Made by a program: the position numbers and the translations under genes. Below the pieces are notes generated by a model, which was given only the letters and a program-made list of their open reading frames with translations, did no database searches and was not told where the DNA came from. From Polyangiaceae bacterium (GTDB taxonomy: Bacteria > Myxococcota_A > Polyangia > Polyangiales > Polyangiaceae), in assembly GCA_965222375.1 (NCBI GenBank), contig CBDCTZ010000008.1, positions 320,001 to 384,000 of the forward strand: 64,000 nt of DNA, written 5' to 3'. Each line of letters opens with the position of its first letter. Position 1 is the first letter of the stretch. Positions 29,584 through 40,481 of this stretch are shown in pieces.

Positions 29584-30843
29584 TCATCCCTGGGGACGCA
29601 ACTTCGCGAGCATGGGGCCGACTTCCTTCTTGATCTCGGCGTCCTTCTCCGAGCCCAGAGCGGTGCCAGCCGAGAACAGAGCGAAGCTGACGTATTCGTG
29701 GAGCATCTGCTTCAGGATGTTTTCCGGATCCGCTCCCGAGGCGACGATCGTCGAGTTTTCCGCTACGCCCTGAGGGTCGAGCACGCCGTGTTCATCAGGC
29801 CCAGCGCCGCGGAAGAGAATGTCGTACACACCTGCGCCGACCGCGAAGGACGCCAGGCTCTGCCGCAACGCGTCCCCTTTGTCGGCCTTGTCGGCGTAGT
29901 CGTGGATCACCCGCAGTGCGCCGTTGGCGAAGGTGACCAGCCCGGTTGGCCCTCCCGAGATACGAGGGGGATGTACTGCGATATGTTTGGATTGAACCAG
30001 GGCGTACAGCTCTTTGGTGATACCGAAGTCGCCTTTGCCGGTGACGCGACCGATCTCCTCCACGGAGGCTTTGCCGTCGATGGCATCCCAGGTCGGCAGG
30101 TACTCGTCGCCCGGCGGCGACTTCTCTTCGTTGCGCACTGGCACGTAGTCCAAGCCGGGAACTTTCTGGTTGAAGTAACGCATTTCGTCCATGCGCGTCA
30201 CTCCGTCCATCAGGAGCGTATTGGTGCTCACCGTGTGTCGCGACACAAGGCGCTCTTCATCGAAATCGTCCAAGAAGAAGAAGGCGCCGTCCGCAACTGT
30301 AAGGGTGGCGCAAAAGACTTCCTCTACTTGCTTGCCGATGTACTCGTAGAGCTTTTCATGACTGAGGGCTCCAACTTCCGCGGCGGCTTCTCCGAAGCGC
30401 ATTCCCCATTCCATCTTCTCGACGATTTCCTCGAGCTGCGCCTTGGTCAGAGCTCCAAAACGATACAGCACCATGCCAAGCCGCTCGTCTTCGGCGTTGG
30501 TCTGAACGCCGACAACATTGCCTTGCTCGAAGAAGATTGATCGGGTGACCTCTGCCTCGGAGACCACCAGCTCACCTCGCCAGCCTGCTTGAGCTACTAA
30601 CGCAACGACGTCGCAAGTCGCCCCGGGAGTCGTGATTTCTCCTGCGATGCGAACAACCGCGCCATCCCCTTCGTCACGCTGACCGTCCTCGCCGGTGTAG
30701 CGCATGAACACGACATGTTTCGGGGCGGGGAGCAGCCGGAACGCGCCAGAGCGCTGTCGCATCCACTGGCTGGCCGCGGTGCCGATCGGGTGGGCGACAC
30801 CAGTGCCGTCGATTCGAACCAGTTCGTCGCGGAAGCTTCTCAT
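29584..30843 (-). CDS. DUF4388 (PATAN-like) domain protein
   Basis: GELVV...RSIFFEQGNVV...ERLGMVL; LLMDGVTRMDE; start taken at ATG 30843. Confidence 0.8.
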   Translation of the reverse strand: MRSFRDELVRIDGTGVAHPIGTAASQWMRQRSGAFRLLPAPKHVVFMRYTGEDGQRDEGDGAVVRIAGEITTPGATCDVVALVAQAGWRGELVVSEAEVTRSIFFEQGNVVGVQTNAEDERLGMVLYRFGALTKAQLEEIVEKMEWGMRFGEAAAEVGALSHEKLYEYIGKQVEEVFCATLTVADGAFFFLDDFDEERLVSRHTVSTNTLLMDGVTRMDEMRYFNQKVPGLDYVPVRNEEKSPPGDEYLPTWDAIDGKASVEEIGRVTGKGDFGITKELYALVQSKHIAVHPPRISGGPTGLVTFANGALRVIHDYADKADKGDALRQSLASFAVGAGVYDILFRGAGPDEHGVLDPQGVAENSTIVASGADPENILKQMLHEYVSFALFSAGTALGSEKDAEIKKEVGPMLAKLRPQG

Positions 30844-30986
30844 GGACGTTCGACCATTATCGCAGAGGGCTGTGGGAATTGCCGCATGGGAAATGACGCT
30901 GGGGTTAGTCAGGAAATCATCAGCTGAAGCGCCCCCAAAGGGCAAGGTCTGCGAGATTTGCCGAGGTGGCGTCGGGTAGCGGTCCC

Positions 30987-33900
30987 TCAGCGCAGTTCAG
31001 CGACAGAATCCCCAAACACCCGCTCGAGGCCAGAGAGTACCTGATCCGTGGGCGTCACCCGGGTCTCGTCGAGAGCCAGCACCGCCTCAGCGCCGTCAGG
31101 GAGAGCCAGCACCAGCTCTACGGGACATGGCCCAGGGGAAGCCTGGAGCACACCGCGCAGCCTCTCCAGCTGGTCCGGTTGGGTTTGGGAGGCATCCAGG
31201 TGAATGGATAGGGATCGCGTCGCCTTGAGAACCGCGTCGCTCAAAGGCTCGACCGCGTCGACGAATAGCGTGGGTTCCCGATCATCGTCCGGTTCATCGG
31301 TGACCGGGAAGCTCACTTTTCCGGTCACCAGAACGGGCTCGCCGTCCGCGAGCAACTGCCCATAGAGCTCGATGCGATCTCCGCGCAGCTTTGCCGAGAC
31401 CCGACCCGAAGTGTCCTCGAGTTCGAAGAACGCCACCTTGCCGCCGGAACCGCCCTTGAAGATCCGCTCCCGATAGCCCTCGACCATGCCCGCAACGCTC
31501 ACGGTACTCCAGGGCTGCTCACCGGCCACCTCGTTGGCTTTGGTCGCGCCGACCCGCCCAAGCTTGTTGCCGTAGCGAAACAGCGGGTGGCCGGTAACGT
31601 AGCAGCCCAAGGCTTGCTTCTCACGCCGCAAGAGTTCCATCTTGTCCCACTCTTCAGCAGTCGGATACTCGGCCTCACCCGGAGTGGACGACGCGTCACC
31701 GTCGGCAGCTTGAAACAAGCCGAAGAGGGTCGTCTGCCCGCGTTCCCGATCGCGGCTGGTGCTGCGGGATCGCTCCAAAGCGCGTTCCACCGCCGAAAAG
31801 GCACGTGCGCGACTAATCCCGACCGAAATCAACGCGGCATCGAAGGCGCCACAGATGACCAGCGCCTCCAACACGCCGCGATTGAGTCGCTTGGCATCCA
31901 CCCGAGAGGCGAAGTCGAACAGATCCCGAAACTCGCCCCCCGCTTCCCGCGCCTCGAACACCGTTTCCAGAGCGCTCTGACCCAACCCACGCACCGCACC
32001 CAAACCAAATCGGATCTGCGGCCCAAGGCGGTCCCGGAGCTTGCCGGGGCCCCGGGGCGAGCCCTTGCCATCTGGGTGCGCGTACACGACCGTGAAATCC
32101 AGGTCGCTGGCGTTTACATCCGGCGGCAAGACTGCAACACCCCATGCGCGTGCCTCAGCGATCATGCGAACTACCTTGTCTATCTTCTCCTTGTCGGCGG
32201 TCATCAGCGCCGCAAAGAACTCGGTGGGATAGTGCGCTTTCAAGTAGGCGGTCTGATACGTGATCAGGGCATAGGCAGCCGAGTGGCTCTTGTTGAAGCC
32301 GTAAGAGGCGAAGCCTTCGACCTCGCCAAAGATCGCTCGAGCCTGCTCCTCGCTCACGCCGCGTTCCTTGGCGCCGTCGATGAATATCTGCTGTTGCCGC
32401 GCCATTTCCGCGGCCTTCTTCTTGCCCATGGCTCGGCGCAGGAGATCGGCACCACCTAGGGTGTAGCCAGACAGATTCTGGGCGATCTGCATGACCTGCT
32501 CTTGGTAGACGGGCACGCCGTAGGTGGGAGCGAGCACCTCATCGACGAGGGGGTGCAGCTTGCGGATGGCCTTGCGTCCGTGCTTGCCACCGATGAACTC
32601 ATCGATCATTCCGGTGCCCAAGGGACCGGGACGGTAGAGGGCAACGGCGGCAACGATGTCCTCAAAGCAGTCTGGCTTGAGCTGGCGCAGCAGCTGCTGC
32701 ATCCCACTCGACTCCAGCTGGAACACGCCGGTCGTGTCTCCAGACGACACCAGAGCGTAGGTTGCACGATCGTCCAAGGGCACGTCTCCGAGCTTCAGAG
32801 GGTTGTCGCGACGATCCGGACGGGCGTTGACCAACCGCTCGGCGATATCGATCACGGTGAGAGTCTTCAGCCCGAGAAAGTCGAACTTCACCAGCCCCGC
32901 GGCTTCGACGTCGTCTTTGTCGTACTGAGTCACGGGAACATCGTCGCTGACGAAGATCGGCACGTGATCCTCGAGAGCACCATCACTGATCACGACTCCC
33001 GCCGCGTGCATTCCTACGTGGCGGGTCAGCCCTTCCAGCTTCTTGGCTTGTCCCAAGAGCTCGGCGACCTGGGGGTCGGCGTCGACCATGGCTTTGAGCT
33101 TGGGCTCCATCTTCAGTGCCTGTTCGAGGGTCGCCGTCTTGCCCTGGCCCAGATCCGGCACCAGGCTCGCCATGCGCTGGGCGTCGGTTGCGGGGATCCC
33201 CATCGTGCGCGCGACGTCTTTGATGACGCTGCGCGCCTTGAGGTTCTGGAACGTCGCGATCTGCCCAACCGAGTCCTTGCCGTATTTTTCTCCAACGTAC
33301 GCAATGATCTCATCCCGCCTTGCCATACAGAAATCGATGTCGAAGTCCGGCATGCTGACGCGTTCAGGATTGAGGAATCGCTCGAACAGCAGGTTGTAGG
33401 GGATCGGGTCGATCTCCGTAATACCTAGGGCATAAGCGACGATGGAACCGGCGCCAGAGCCTCGGCCGGGGCCCACGGGGATCCCCCGGGCCTTGGCCTC
33501 ACGAATGAAGTCCCAGACGATGAGAAAGTAGCCGGGATACTTCATGTTCACGATCACATCGAGCTCAGTCTCGAGGCGCTCGCGGTAGCGGGCGTTGTCG
33601 ACGCTTTTGCCAGCTCGAGTGAAGTCGGCGAAGCGCTTCGCGAGGCCCTCTCGGGAAACGTGACGGAAGTAGCCTGGGGTGTCGTAGCCCTCGGGCACCG
33701 GAAAGCGCGGCAGCATGGGCTTGTCGAGCTCGAGCTTCAGCTCGGAACACATTTCGGCAATGGTCAGGGTGTTCTTCAGGGCCTCGGGAAGGTCCCGGAA
33801 CGCCGCCGCCATCTCCTCGGGGCTTTTCATGTACATCTCGAAAGAGCCGTGGTGGTGAGCTCTCTCCTGTGCGACGACGCGCCCGGTCCGAACACACTCC

Positions 33901-34547
33901 AGGTGCAGTTGCGCGTCCCCGTCCTCGCGAGTAGTGAAATGCACGTCGTTGGTCGCGACTAGGGGCACACCCTGATCTCGCGCTGCTCGGGTCAGAATGT
34001 CGTTCAGCACGGCTTGTTCGGGCAGCCCGTGATCCTGCAGCTCTACGAATAACCGACCCGGCGCGGCGCAGGACACGAGCCGTTCCAGGGTGGTCCCCGC
34101 GTGGGCTTCGCCATGCTCGAGTACGGACTGGGCCAGAACGCCTCCTAGGCACCCTGTCAACACGACGATGCCTTCTTGGTGGTGCTTGAGCGCGTCGAGG
34201 TCGATACAGGCACCCACGTCGCTTGCTGGCGCGCGATAACCGCGGCTCACCAGGTGCACGAGGTTGGCGTAGCCGGCCGCGTTTTCCGCCAACAGCACGA
34301 GGTGATCCACCACGCCACGCCCATCTTCGCGGACGACGTTTACCTCCGCCCCCAGGATTGGCTGCACTCCCGTGTCACGGCAACCCTTGTAGTGGCGGAT
34401 AGCACCGAACATGTTGGCTCGGTCCGTCAGCGCCACTGCGTGCATGCCAAGGGCATCGGCGCGCGCCGGCAGGTCCGCCAACTTCACTGAGCTCACCAGG
34501 AACGAGTACTGGGAGTGCACGTGCAGGTGAACGAACTCCGCGGCCAT
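30987..34547 (-). CDS. dnaE: DNA polymerase III alpha subunit
   Basis: HLHVHSQYS, GRGSGAGS, SMPDFDIDF, KFDFLGL, YGFNKSH, C-terminal OB fold. Confidence 0.98.
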   Translation of the reverse strand: MAAEFVHLHVHSQYSFLVSSVKLADLPARADALGMHAVALTDRANMFGAIRHYKGCRDTGVQPILGAEVNVVREDGRGVVDHLVLLAENAAGYANLVHLVSRGYRAPASDVGACIDLDALKHHQEGIVVLTGCLGGVLAQSVLEHGEAHAGTTLERLVSCAAPGRLFVELQDHGLPEQAVLNDILTRAARDQGVPLVATNDVHFTTREDGDAQLHLECVRTGRVVAQERAHHHGSFEMYMKSPEEMAAAFRDLPEALKNTLTIAEMCSELKLELDKPMLPRFPVPEGYDTPGYFRHVSREGLAKRFADFTRAGKSVDNARYRERLETELDVIVNMKYPGYFLIVWDFIREAKARGIPVGPGRGSGAGSIVAYALGITEIDPIPYNLLFERFLNPERVSMPDFDIDFCMARRDEIIAYVGEKYGKDSVGQIATFQNLKARSVIKDVARTMGIPATDAQRMASLVPDLGQGKTATLEQALKMEPKLKAMVDADPQVAELLGQAKKLEGLTRHVGMHAAGVVISDGALEDHVPIFVSDDVPVTQYDKDDVEAAGLVKFDFLGLKTLTVIDIAERLVNARPDRRDNPLKLGDVPLDDRATYALVSSGDTTGVFQLESSGMQQLLRQLKPDCFEDIVAAVALYRPGPLGTGMIDEFIGGKHGRKAIRKLHPLVDEVLAPTYGVPVYQEQVMQIAQNLSGYTLGGADLLRRAMGKKKAAEMARQQQIFIDGAKERGVSEEQARAIFGEVEGFASYGFNKSHSAAYALITYQTAYLKAHYPTEFFAALMTADKEKIDKVVRMIAEARAWGVAVLPPDVNASDLDFTVVYAHPDGKGSPRGPGKLRDRLGPQIRFGLGAVRGLGQSALETVFEAREAGGEFRDLFDFASRVDAKRLNRGVLEALVICGAFDAALISVGISRARAFSAVERALERSRSTSRDRERGQTTLFGLFQAADGDASSTPGEAEYPTAEEWDKMELLRREKQALGCYVTGHPLFRYGNKLGRVGATKANEVAGEQPWSTVSVAGMVEGYRERIFKGGSGGKVAFFELEDTSGRVSAKLRGDRIELYGQLLADGEPVLVTGKVSFPVTDEPDDDREPTLFVDAVEPLSDAVLKATRSLSIHLDASQTQPDQLERLRGVLQASPGPCPVELVLALPDGAEAVLALDETRVTPTDQVLSGLERVFGDSVAELR

Positions 34548-34718
34548 GGCTCCCGTCCTCTACCATTCCAGCGACCGGAGCGAAGCCCTGCCTACACCTG
34601 CCCACACTGGACGCGGTCGGCTGGGTCCCTGCTCCGCGGTTGCTTTGGCGAAAAATCCGGCTAGGATGCCCGTGCTCGGGCTCAGGGAGGCCCGGCCTGG
34701 GCCGCCCAAGGAGGAACC

Positions 34719-35957
34719 ATGTTTCGTCGTAATCTTGCTTTCATCAGTGTGATCTTTGGCTTCGGCCTAATCGGAGCCGCGTGCAGTAGCGACGACGGAG
34801 GTGGATCGAGCAACACCGGCGGCCAAGCCGGGACAACAGGCAAGCCCGACCCCACGGGTCCCGGCGTGCAGCCCCCGGCAAAGGCCGGCGGAAGCACCGG
34901 CACGGGCAGCACGCCGACAGTAGTAGCGGTTAGGAAACTCTTCCTCGGCGAGAGCGACAAAGGCGGTTCCCCGGATCCCAATGGCTGGGAGAACTTTGGC
35001 TACAACCTCGACAATCTCATGTCGAGCAAGACGGGCACCAATCACTGCAAGCTGCCAGCAAACACTCCTCCCTCCAACAAGGTGGACGGCAAGGACGGCA
35101 TCGACAACAGCTTTGGCAAGAACATCCTCGCCATCCTGAAGACTTTCGTGCCGGCACCCAGTGACGAGGTCAACCAGGCCATTCTCGATGGTGACTTCAC
35201 CATCATGATCAAGATGGACAACCTGGATTCCGAGGCCAATCAGACGGATATCGCCTCCGCCCTCTACGGTGGCGCCTCCCTTGGCGACGCCCCCAAGTGG
35301 GACGGCACGGATATGTGGCCGGTGTTCCCCGAGCTGCTCAACGGCGGCGACATCGATGACCCGAAGGTCAAGTTCCCCAACGCCTACGTCGCGGGCAACA
35401 CCTGGGTCAGCGGTAGCAAGGGTATCGTCGATCTGACCGTCGGCATCGGAGGCCAGAACATCGCATTGGTCATCTCGGAAGCGGTGATCACCATGGATCT
35501 GTCCGGCACCGGAACCTCTGCGAGTGCAACCAACGGTATCATCGCAGGTGTGATCAAGACCAGTCAATTGGTGAGCGAAATCGAGAAGGTCGCCGGTCAA
35601 CTCACGGATGGCCAGCTCTGCCCAGGCAACCCCACGTTGGAGGGTGCGCTCGTGAGCATTCGCCAGGCGAGCGACATCATGGCTGACGGCACCAACGGTG
35701 ATCCCAACACCGAGTGTGACGCCATCAGCGTCGGCATCGGCTTCGAAGCTTCCGCGGTCCAACTGGGCGCGGTCGCCCCGCCGGCCACCGGGGGCAGCGA
35801 TCCCTGCGTCGACGGCGGCACGGGCACCGGTGGTGCCGGAGGTACGGGTGGCAGCGGCGGAGCTGGCGGGGCCAGCGGCGGTGCCGGTGGGGCCAGTGGC
35901 GGTGCCGGTGGGGCCAGTGGCGGCTCCGGTGGCGCGGCCGACGCCGGCACCGACTGA
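34719..35957 (+). CDS. Secreted lipoprotein with Gly-rich tail
   Basis: GGAGG RBS; GAAC-SSDD; DGKDGIDN motif. Confidence 0.8.
   Translation: MFRRNLAFISVIFGFGLIGAACSSDDGGGSSNTGGQAGTTGKPDPTGPGVQPPAKAGGSTGTGSTPTVVAVRKLFLGESDKGGSPDPNGWENFGYNLDNLMSSKTGTNHCKLPANTPPSNKVDGKDGIDNSFGKNILAILKTFVPAPSDEVNQAILDGDFTIMIKMDNLDSEANQTDIASALYGGASLGDAPKWDGTDMWPVFPELLNGGDIDDPKVKFPNAYVAGNTWVSGSKGIVDLTVGIGGQNIALVISEAVITMDLSGTGTSASATNGIIAGVIKTSQLVSEIEKVAGQLTDGQLCPGNPTLEGALVSIRQASDIMADGTNGDPNTECDAISVGIGFEASAVQLGAVAPPATGGSDPCVDGGTGTGGAGGTGGSGGAGGASGGAGGASGGAGGASGGSGGAADAGTD
35859..35921 (+). repeat. 21-bp in-frame tandem repeat, three copies (GAGGASG)
   Basis: Two exact copies of GGTGCCGGTGGGGCCAGTGGC plus one degenerate copy. 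Confidence 0.8.
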
Positions 35958-35989
35958 GCCAAGAAACCGCGGCTTTTCGCAGGATGTTT

Positions 35990-36030
35990 GCGAGCCAGAG
36001 GCGCCCGGCGCCCTGGCTCGCGGCATTTTG
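35990..36030 (+). terminator. Possible terminator hairpin
   Basis: GCGAGCCAG/CTGGCTCGC stem with a T-rich tract shortly after. Confidence 0.45.
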
Positions 36031-36264
36031 TCTTTGGTTACCAAGGCTTGCGGACTAGGCTGCGCCGGGAAGTTCGGCCGGGCTTTGGGCGTAGGTTGAC
36101 AAGTCGGTCAGCTTTCTTGAACACATCGAGGCGCTAGGCCGTCTATCGCCACGCGGGCACCCGGCATTCGGCGGGGCCCTTGCTTTTGAATGTCGAATTG
36201 GTCTACGGCTTGCGGGCCGGGCAGTAGTGCAAGAAGCGCGAAAACCCGCCGAGGAGGAACGGTA

Positions 36265-36882
36265 ATGGTCAGGAAATCAGCTTGGGTCGTGATTCTGGGT
36301 GCCGCAGTGTCGGTGTCAGCTCTTGGTGGGTGCACCTTTCAAGCAGGAGGCGCCGCGAAATCCGGCAACGAACCCCCTCCCCCGCCGGCTCCGGTCGAGC
36401 CCGCTCCGGCACCCACGACACCCGCAGAGCCTGCGCCGCCGCCGGCTCAGACCAGCACGGCCACGGTCAAGGGCGACAGTGTCAGCATCCCGGGTAACAT
36501 CGTGTTCGACACGGGCAAGGCGACGCTCAAGACCGGCGCTGGCAGCGAGGAAGTTCTAACCCAGCTCAAGAAGTTCTTGGATGAGAACCCCCAAGTCACC
36601 AAGCTCCGGATCGAAGGCCACACGGACAACGTGGGCAAGCCCGAGGACAACATGAAGCTCAGTGGGGAGCGCGCCCTGACCATCAAGAAGTGGCTGCTCG
36701 ACAAGGGCACCAAAGCCGAGCGTCTCATCGCGGTCGGCTTCGGTGAGACCCGTCCCGTCGCGGACAACGCCACGGCCGACGGCAAGGCGCAGAACCGTCG
36801 AACGGAATTCAAGATTGCCGAGCTCGGTGGCAAGAAGTACTTGAACCAGCCCGTCGACGGTGGCGGTCAAGAGTTCAAGTAA
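36265..36882 (+). CDS. OmpA-family peptidoglycan-binding lipoprotein
   Basis: GAGGAGG RBS; LGGC; IEGHTD, LSGERA, GFGETRP, NRRTEF. Confidence 0.93.
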   Translation: MVRKSAWVVILGAAVSVSALGGCTFQAGGAAKSGNEPPPPPAPVEPAPAPTTPAEPAPPPAQTSTATVKGDSVSIPGNIVFDTGKATLKTGAGSEEVLTQLKKFLDENPQVTKLRIEGHTDNVGKPEDNMKLSGERALTIKKWLLDKGTKAERLIAVGFGETRPVADNATADGKAQNRRTEFKIAELGGKKYLNQPVDGGGQEFK

Positions 36883-36905
36883 GCTCGCCTAGCGCCCTAC
36901 TGAAG

Positions 36906-36940
36906 GCCGACCCGCGCAGCGTTGCGAGGGTCGGCTTTCT
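36906..36940 (+). terminator. Intrinsic terminator after the OmpA gene
   Basis: GCCGACCC/GGGTCGGC stem followed by TTTCT. Confidence 0.65.
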
Positions 36941-36973
36941 ACATTTTGTCGGCTCCGTGCTAAGGGGCGATGC

Positions 36974-37510
36974 ATGGACTATCGTCAGGCGTGTCTCCTG
37001 GTGGCACTTGGCTGTGCTGCCTGCAGCAAGGAACCGCCCGACATGCGCGAATGGCGCAGGAGCGACCATGATCACACCCAGTCACCCTCCGCCGGACAGG
37101 TGCCGACAGACGAAAAGGGGAAAGCCAAGTCGCCCGCCGCCATGCTGGGTATCGACGAGGTCGTGCTGACCACCTGGAAGCAGAAGTGCACCAGCTGCCA
37201 CGGCCTGATTGGCCAGGGAGACGGCCCCCGAGGTCGTGAGACCGGCGCGCGCAACTTGGGCGACGCCAAGTGGCAGAGCTCCGTATCTGACGAGCAACTC
37301 GCCGCGAGCATTCGAGACGGAAAGGGCAATATGCCCGCCAACCCGTTGCCCAACACCACAATCGCGGGACTAGTCAAGCTGGTTCGCAAGATGGCACCCA
37401 AAGCTGCCCCGCCCAGCTCCGCAGCGCCGTCGGCCTCCGGAGCGCCGAGCGCGGCATCCCCACCGGCAACGCCGCCCGCAACGCCGAGGGGAGTTCCGAC
37501 AACGCCGTGA
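36974..37510 (+). CDS. Monoheme c-type cytochrome lipoprotein
   Basis: CAAC lipobox, CTSCHG, distal GNMPA. Confidence 0.88.
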   Translation: MDYRQACLLVALGCAACSKEPPDMREWRRSDHDHTQSPSAGQVPTDEKGKAKSPAAMLGIDEVVLTTWKQKCTSCHGLIGQGDGPRGRETGARNLGDAKWQSSVSDEQLAASIRDGKGNMPANPLPNTTIAGLVKLVRKMAPKAAPPSSAAPSASGAPSAASPPATPPATPRGVPTTP

Positions 37511-37872
37511 AGCCCGCGCACCGAAAGCTGGTCGGCCGCCTACTCCTATTCAGCGGCCTGGCTTTCGCCTTCACCCAGATGCTTCCCGAGGTGCCCCGGA
37601 CGCAGCCACTGGTATTCGATCTGTCCGGTCCCGACCGCCTCGACAGCGTGGCCGTCGAGTTGACGCGGCAGGGCCAAGACCAGCCCAGCCGGGGATTTTC
37701 TCTGCCTGTGCAAGGTTCCCGTCGCAAGATGAGGCATAGCGTCGATTTGCCCCATGGTCAGTACACTCTCGACGCACGCTTGACCGACAAGAAAGGTCGC
37801 GAGACGCAGGTTTCCCGACGCGTTACTCTCGACGGCAACGAGATTCGAGTGAAGATCGCCCTGTCCCCATGA
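37507..37872 (+). CDS. Hypothetical membrane-anchored protein
   Basis: 4-nt overlaps with both neighbours; N-terminal TM helix, beta-rich remainder. Confidence 0.7.
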   Translation: MKPAHRKLVGRLLLFSGLAFAFTQMLPEVPRTQPLVFDLSGPDRLDSVAVELTRQGQDQPSRGFSLPVQGSRRKMRHSVDLPHGQYTLDARLTDKKGRETQVSRRVTLDGNEIRVKIALSP

Positions 37873-39224
37873 GCTCCACGACCAAAGCGGAACTTGCAAC
37901 CCGAGCCGCCCTCTCCCCTGAAGGCGATCCGGACCAACTCGTCCTCTTGGTGTTGACGGGAAAAGCACGAGGCCAGCGAGTTTCCGTCGGTGACAAGCTG
38001 CGGATCGGAAAAGCCCCCGACAACGACCTCGTTCTCTCGGACGACACGGTCTCGCGGCATCATTGCGAGCTGGAGCGCGGAGACGGCGGCCTGGTGGTTC
38101 GAGACCTGGACTCGACCAACTATACACGGGTAGGCCGCACCAAAGTGCGGGAAGCCACCTTGGGCCCCGGTGCCACGCTGACCGTGGGCGACGTGGACCT
38201 CGTGCTCCGAACCGAGCCCAACCGCACCCACATTCTGCCCTCGGAGAGTGATCAGTTCGGTGATGCGCTTGGGCCTAGTCTAGCGATGCGAACACTGTTC
38301 GGGCTTTTGGAACACATCGCTCCGACCGACGCGCCCGTGCTGCTCGAGGGCGAAACTGGAACCGGCAAGGACGTGCTGGCTCGCTCCATCCACCAGACCA
38401 GCCCGCGCACTAAGGAGCCCTTCATCGTCGTCGACTGCGGTGCCCTCAGCTACAACCTGCTCGAGAGCGAACTTTTCGGGCACGAGCGGGGAGCGTTCAC
38501 CGGGGCCGTTGCCCAGCGCCAAGGCGCCTTCGAGAGCGCCGGCATGGGTACCGTGTTCTTGGACGAGGTGGGCGAACTGCCTCTGGATGTTCAGCCCAAG
38601 CTGCTCAGAGTTCTCGAGACTGGGGAGTTCCGCCGGGTCGGAGGCAACAAGCTGATGCGCGCCCATGCGCGAGTCGTGGCCGCCACCAAGCGTAACCTCA
38701 AGGAAGAGGTGGAGCGCGGCAAGTTCCGCGAGGACCTCTACTTTCGCCTCGCAGTCGTGCCAATCACGGTGCCGCCCCTGCGCCAGCGCCGAGAAGAGAT
38801 CCCAGCGCTGATCGAGTACTTCCTGCAGCTCGCCAAGGAGCGTGATCCCGCTGCGGCGGACGTGATCATCTCTCCAGACACCATCGCGGGGCTGTCAGCG
38901 CACGATTGGCCGGGCAACGTCCGGGAACTCAGAAACGTCTTGGACCGCGCGCTGTACATTGCGACCGCGAGTGGCGCCCGAGAACTACGATTGGTGGATC
39001 TTCCCGTTGGTGCCTCCTTGACCCGAACGGGCGTGACCGGGCCTTTTGAACCCACCAAGACCTACCGGGAGGTGAAGGCTGACTTCGAAGCCGAGTTCGA
39101 GCGGGCCTACGTGCATTGGCTGCTGTCCCGGCACTCCGGCAACGTGAGCGCCGCCGCCCGTGAAGCCAAAATGGATCGCAAGTACCTCTCAGACCTGGCC
39201 AAGCGCCACGGCCTCCGGGACTGA
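37869..39224 (+). CDS. FHA-domain sigma54-dependent activator
   Basis: FHA motifs [39 protein letters not shown]. Confidence 0.94.
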   Translation: MSSTTKAELATRAALSPEGDPDQLVLLVLTGKARGQRVSVGDKLRIGKAPDNDLVLSDDTVSRHHCELERGDGGLVVRDLDSTNYTRVGRTKVREATLGPGATLTVGDVDLVLRTEPNRTHILPSESDQFGDALGPSLAMRTLFGLLEHIAPTDAPVLLEGETGTGKDVLARSIHQTSPRTKEPFIVVDCGALSYNLLESELFGHERGAFTGAVAQRQGAFESAGMGTVFLDEVGELPLDVQPKLLRVLETGEFRRVGGNKLMRAHARVVAATKRNLKEEVERGKFREDLYFRLAVVPITVPPLRQRREEIPALIEYFLQLAKERDPAAADVIISPDTIAGLSAHDWPGNVRELRNVLDRALYIATASGARELRLVDLPVGASLTRTGVTGPFEPTKTYREVKADFEAEFERAYVHWLLSRHSGNVSAAAREAKMDRKYLSDLAKRHGLRD

Positions 39225-39227
39225 CGC

Positions 39228-40481
39228 TCAGAAACCGCCGCTGAATTGCAGTCCAAACACCAACGCGAAGGTGTCGTCGGGTTTTTCGCCAGCCAGAGTG
39301 AAGTCGTCGAGTTCGGTTTGAATCAAGTTGACGTTTGCACCAGCTGATGCGTTGAGCATCATGCCCAGAAGGCGATTGCCGGGCGCGCCTCGCCACTCCC
39401 CGAGCACGCGACCGCCAATTAAAAAGCTTTTCATGGGGCTAACCTCGCGGTCACCGCTCCAGTACTGCCCCCGGGGACCGAACAGCGGCTCACCACCGGT
39501 ATAGTCATCGCTCCAGAACAAGGCGCCGGTCTGCTGATAGTAGCGCCCACGGATCAATAATCGCAGCCAGGGCGTCATGAAGCGCTCCGCGTCGACCTGG
39601 TAGGTCTGCCCCAAGATGTCCCAGGTGTCCTTGTAGCCGCGGACGCCAAGGCCGAAGGCCGTGTCGATCTCCCGAACGAAGTACTTCGCGCGAACCGCCA
39701 CGGCGGTTCGCGCTCGGTTCTCTGGGTGGTTTTCCTGGGCGATTTGCCCCGAAGGCCCAACCACGACGCCACGATAGGGATTGCCCAGGAACCCATTCTG
39801 GATCTGAAACGTGCTGACAACCTGAGTGGTCAACACCGGGGTCCACGCTTGTGTCCAACCCGCCTGGAAGTTGTTGATGTCGATGTCTTGCTCTTGGCGA
39901 TCGTCAGCGCCTTTGAAGCAGCCATCAGAGCTATCTAGGGGCAATCGCAAACTCGGATCCCGGCTCTCCGGGAATGCCGCGTTGCAGACCCGATCGAAGC
40001 CGCGCGCGTAGGAAAGTTCTATTTCAGTGTTCTTCTGGAGGAAGTCCGTAGCCGTGGAAACCGAGAAGCTGTGCGAACGGTAGTCGAGTTCCTGCGCATA
40101 GGCGTAACCGGCACTCAAGCGCGTGTTGCGCTTCCGCAGCGTGACGCCCCCGGTAGCGACGTGCCGCAGGTCCTCCACGGACGCTTGAGAGATCACATCC
40201 GGCGACGACAAGCGTCCGGCTTTTACCGGCTCGCTGGCACCGGAAACGATGTCCGCCTCGTAGCCAGCATTCACCGTGATCCACTCCCAAGGCGTCACCG
40301 CCAAGGATGCGTTGGGGTTGATGACCGTCATTTGGCTGCCCACCGAGGACGGTTCGTGAAAGATGGTCGTTCCCAGAGACAGCTCCGCCACCTGCGCGCG
40401 TCCGGGCAGCGACACGAACAGGACTGCAAGCAACGTAGCAAGCGCGCTTGTCCAGCGACAGAATGTGCGGAGCGCGTTCAT
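39228..40481 (-). CDS. DUF3570 family outer-membrane protein
   Basis: Signal peptide; DIVSGAS, ELDYRS, GFLGNPYR, ENHPENR; terminal Phe; coupled to DUF4266. Confidence 0.8.
   Translation of the reverse strand: MNALRTFCRWTSALATLLAVLFVSLPGRAQVAELSLGTTIFHEPSSVGSQMTVINPNASLAVTPWEWITVNAGYEADIVSGASEPVKAGRLSSPDVISQASVEDLRHVATGGVTLRKRNTRLSAGYAYAQELDYRSHSFSVSTATDFLQKNTEIELSYARGFDRVCNAAFPESRDPSLRLPLDSSDGCFKGADDRQEQDIDINNFQAGWTQAWTPVLTTQVVSTFQIQNGFLGNPYRGVVVGPSGQIAQENHPENRARTAVAVRAKYFVREIDTAFGLGVRGYKDTWDILGQTYQVDAERFMTPWLRLLIRGRYYQQTGALFWSDDYTGGEPLFGPRGQYWSGDREVSPMKSFLIGGRVLGEWRGAPGNRLLGMMLNASAGANVNLIQTELDDFTLAGEKPDDTFALVFGLQFSGGF

Noticed and set aside
30987..34547. Intein or DnaE2 identity for dnaE; short insertion before IRFGLGAV; TDR in place of TDH in the PHP domain
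   Set aside because: Length and motifs fit an ordinary replicative DnaE1, no imuAB is adjacent, and PHP ligand changes are common.
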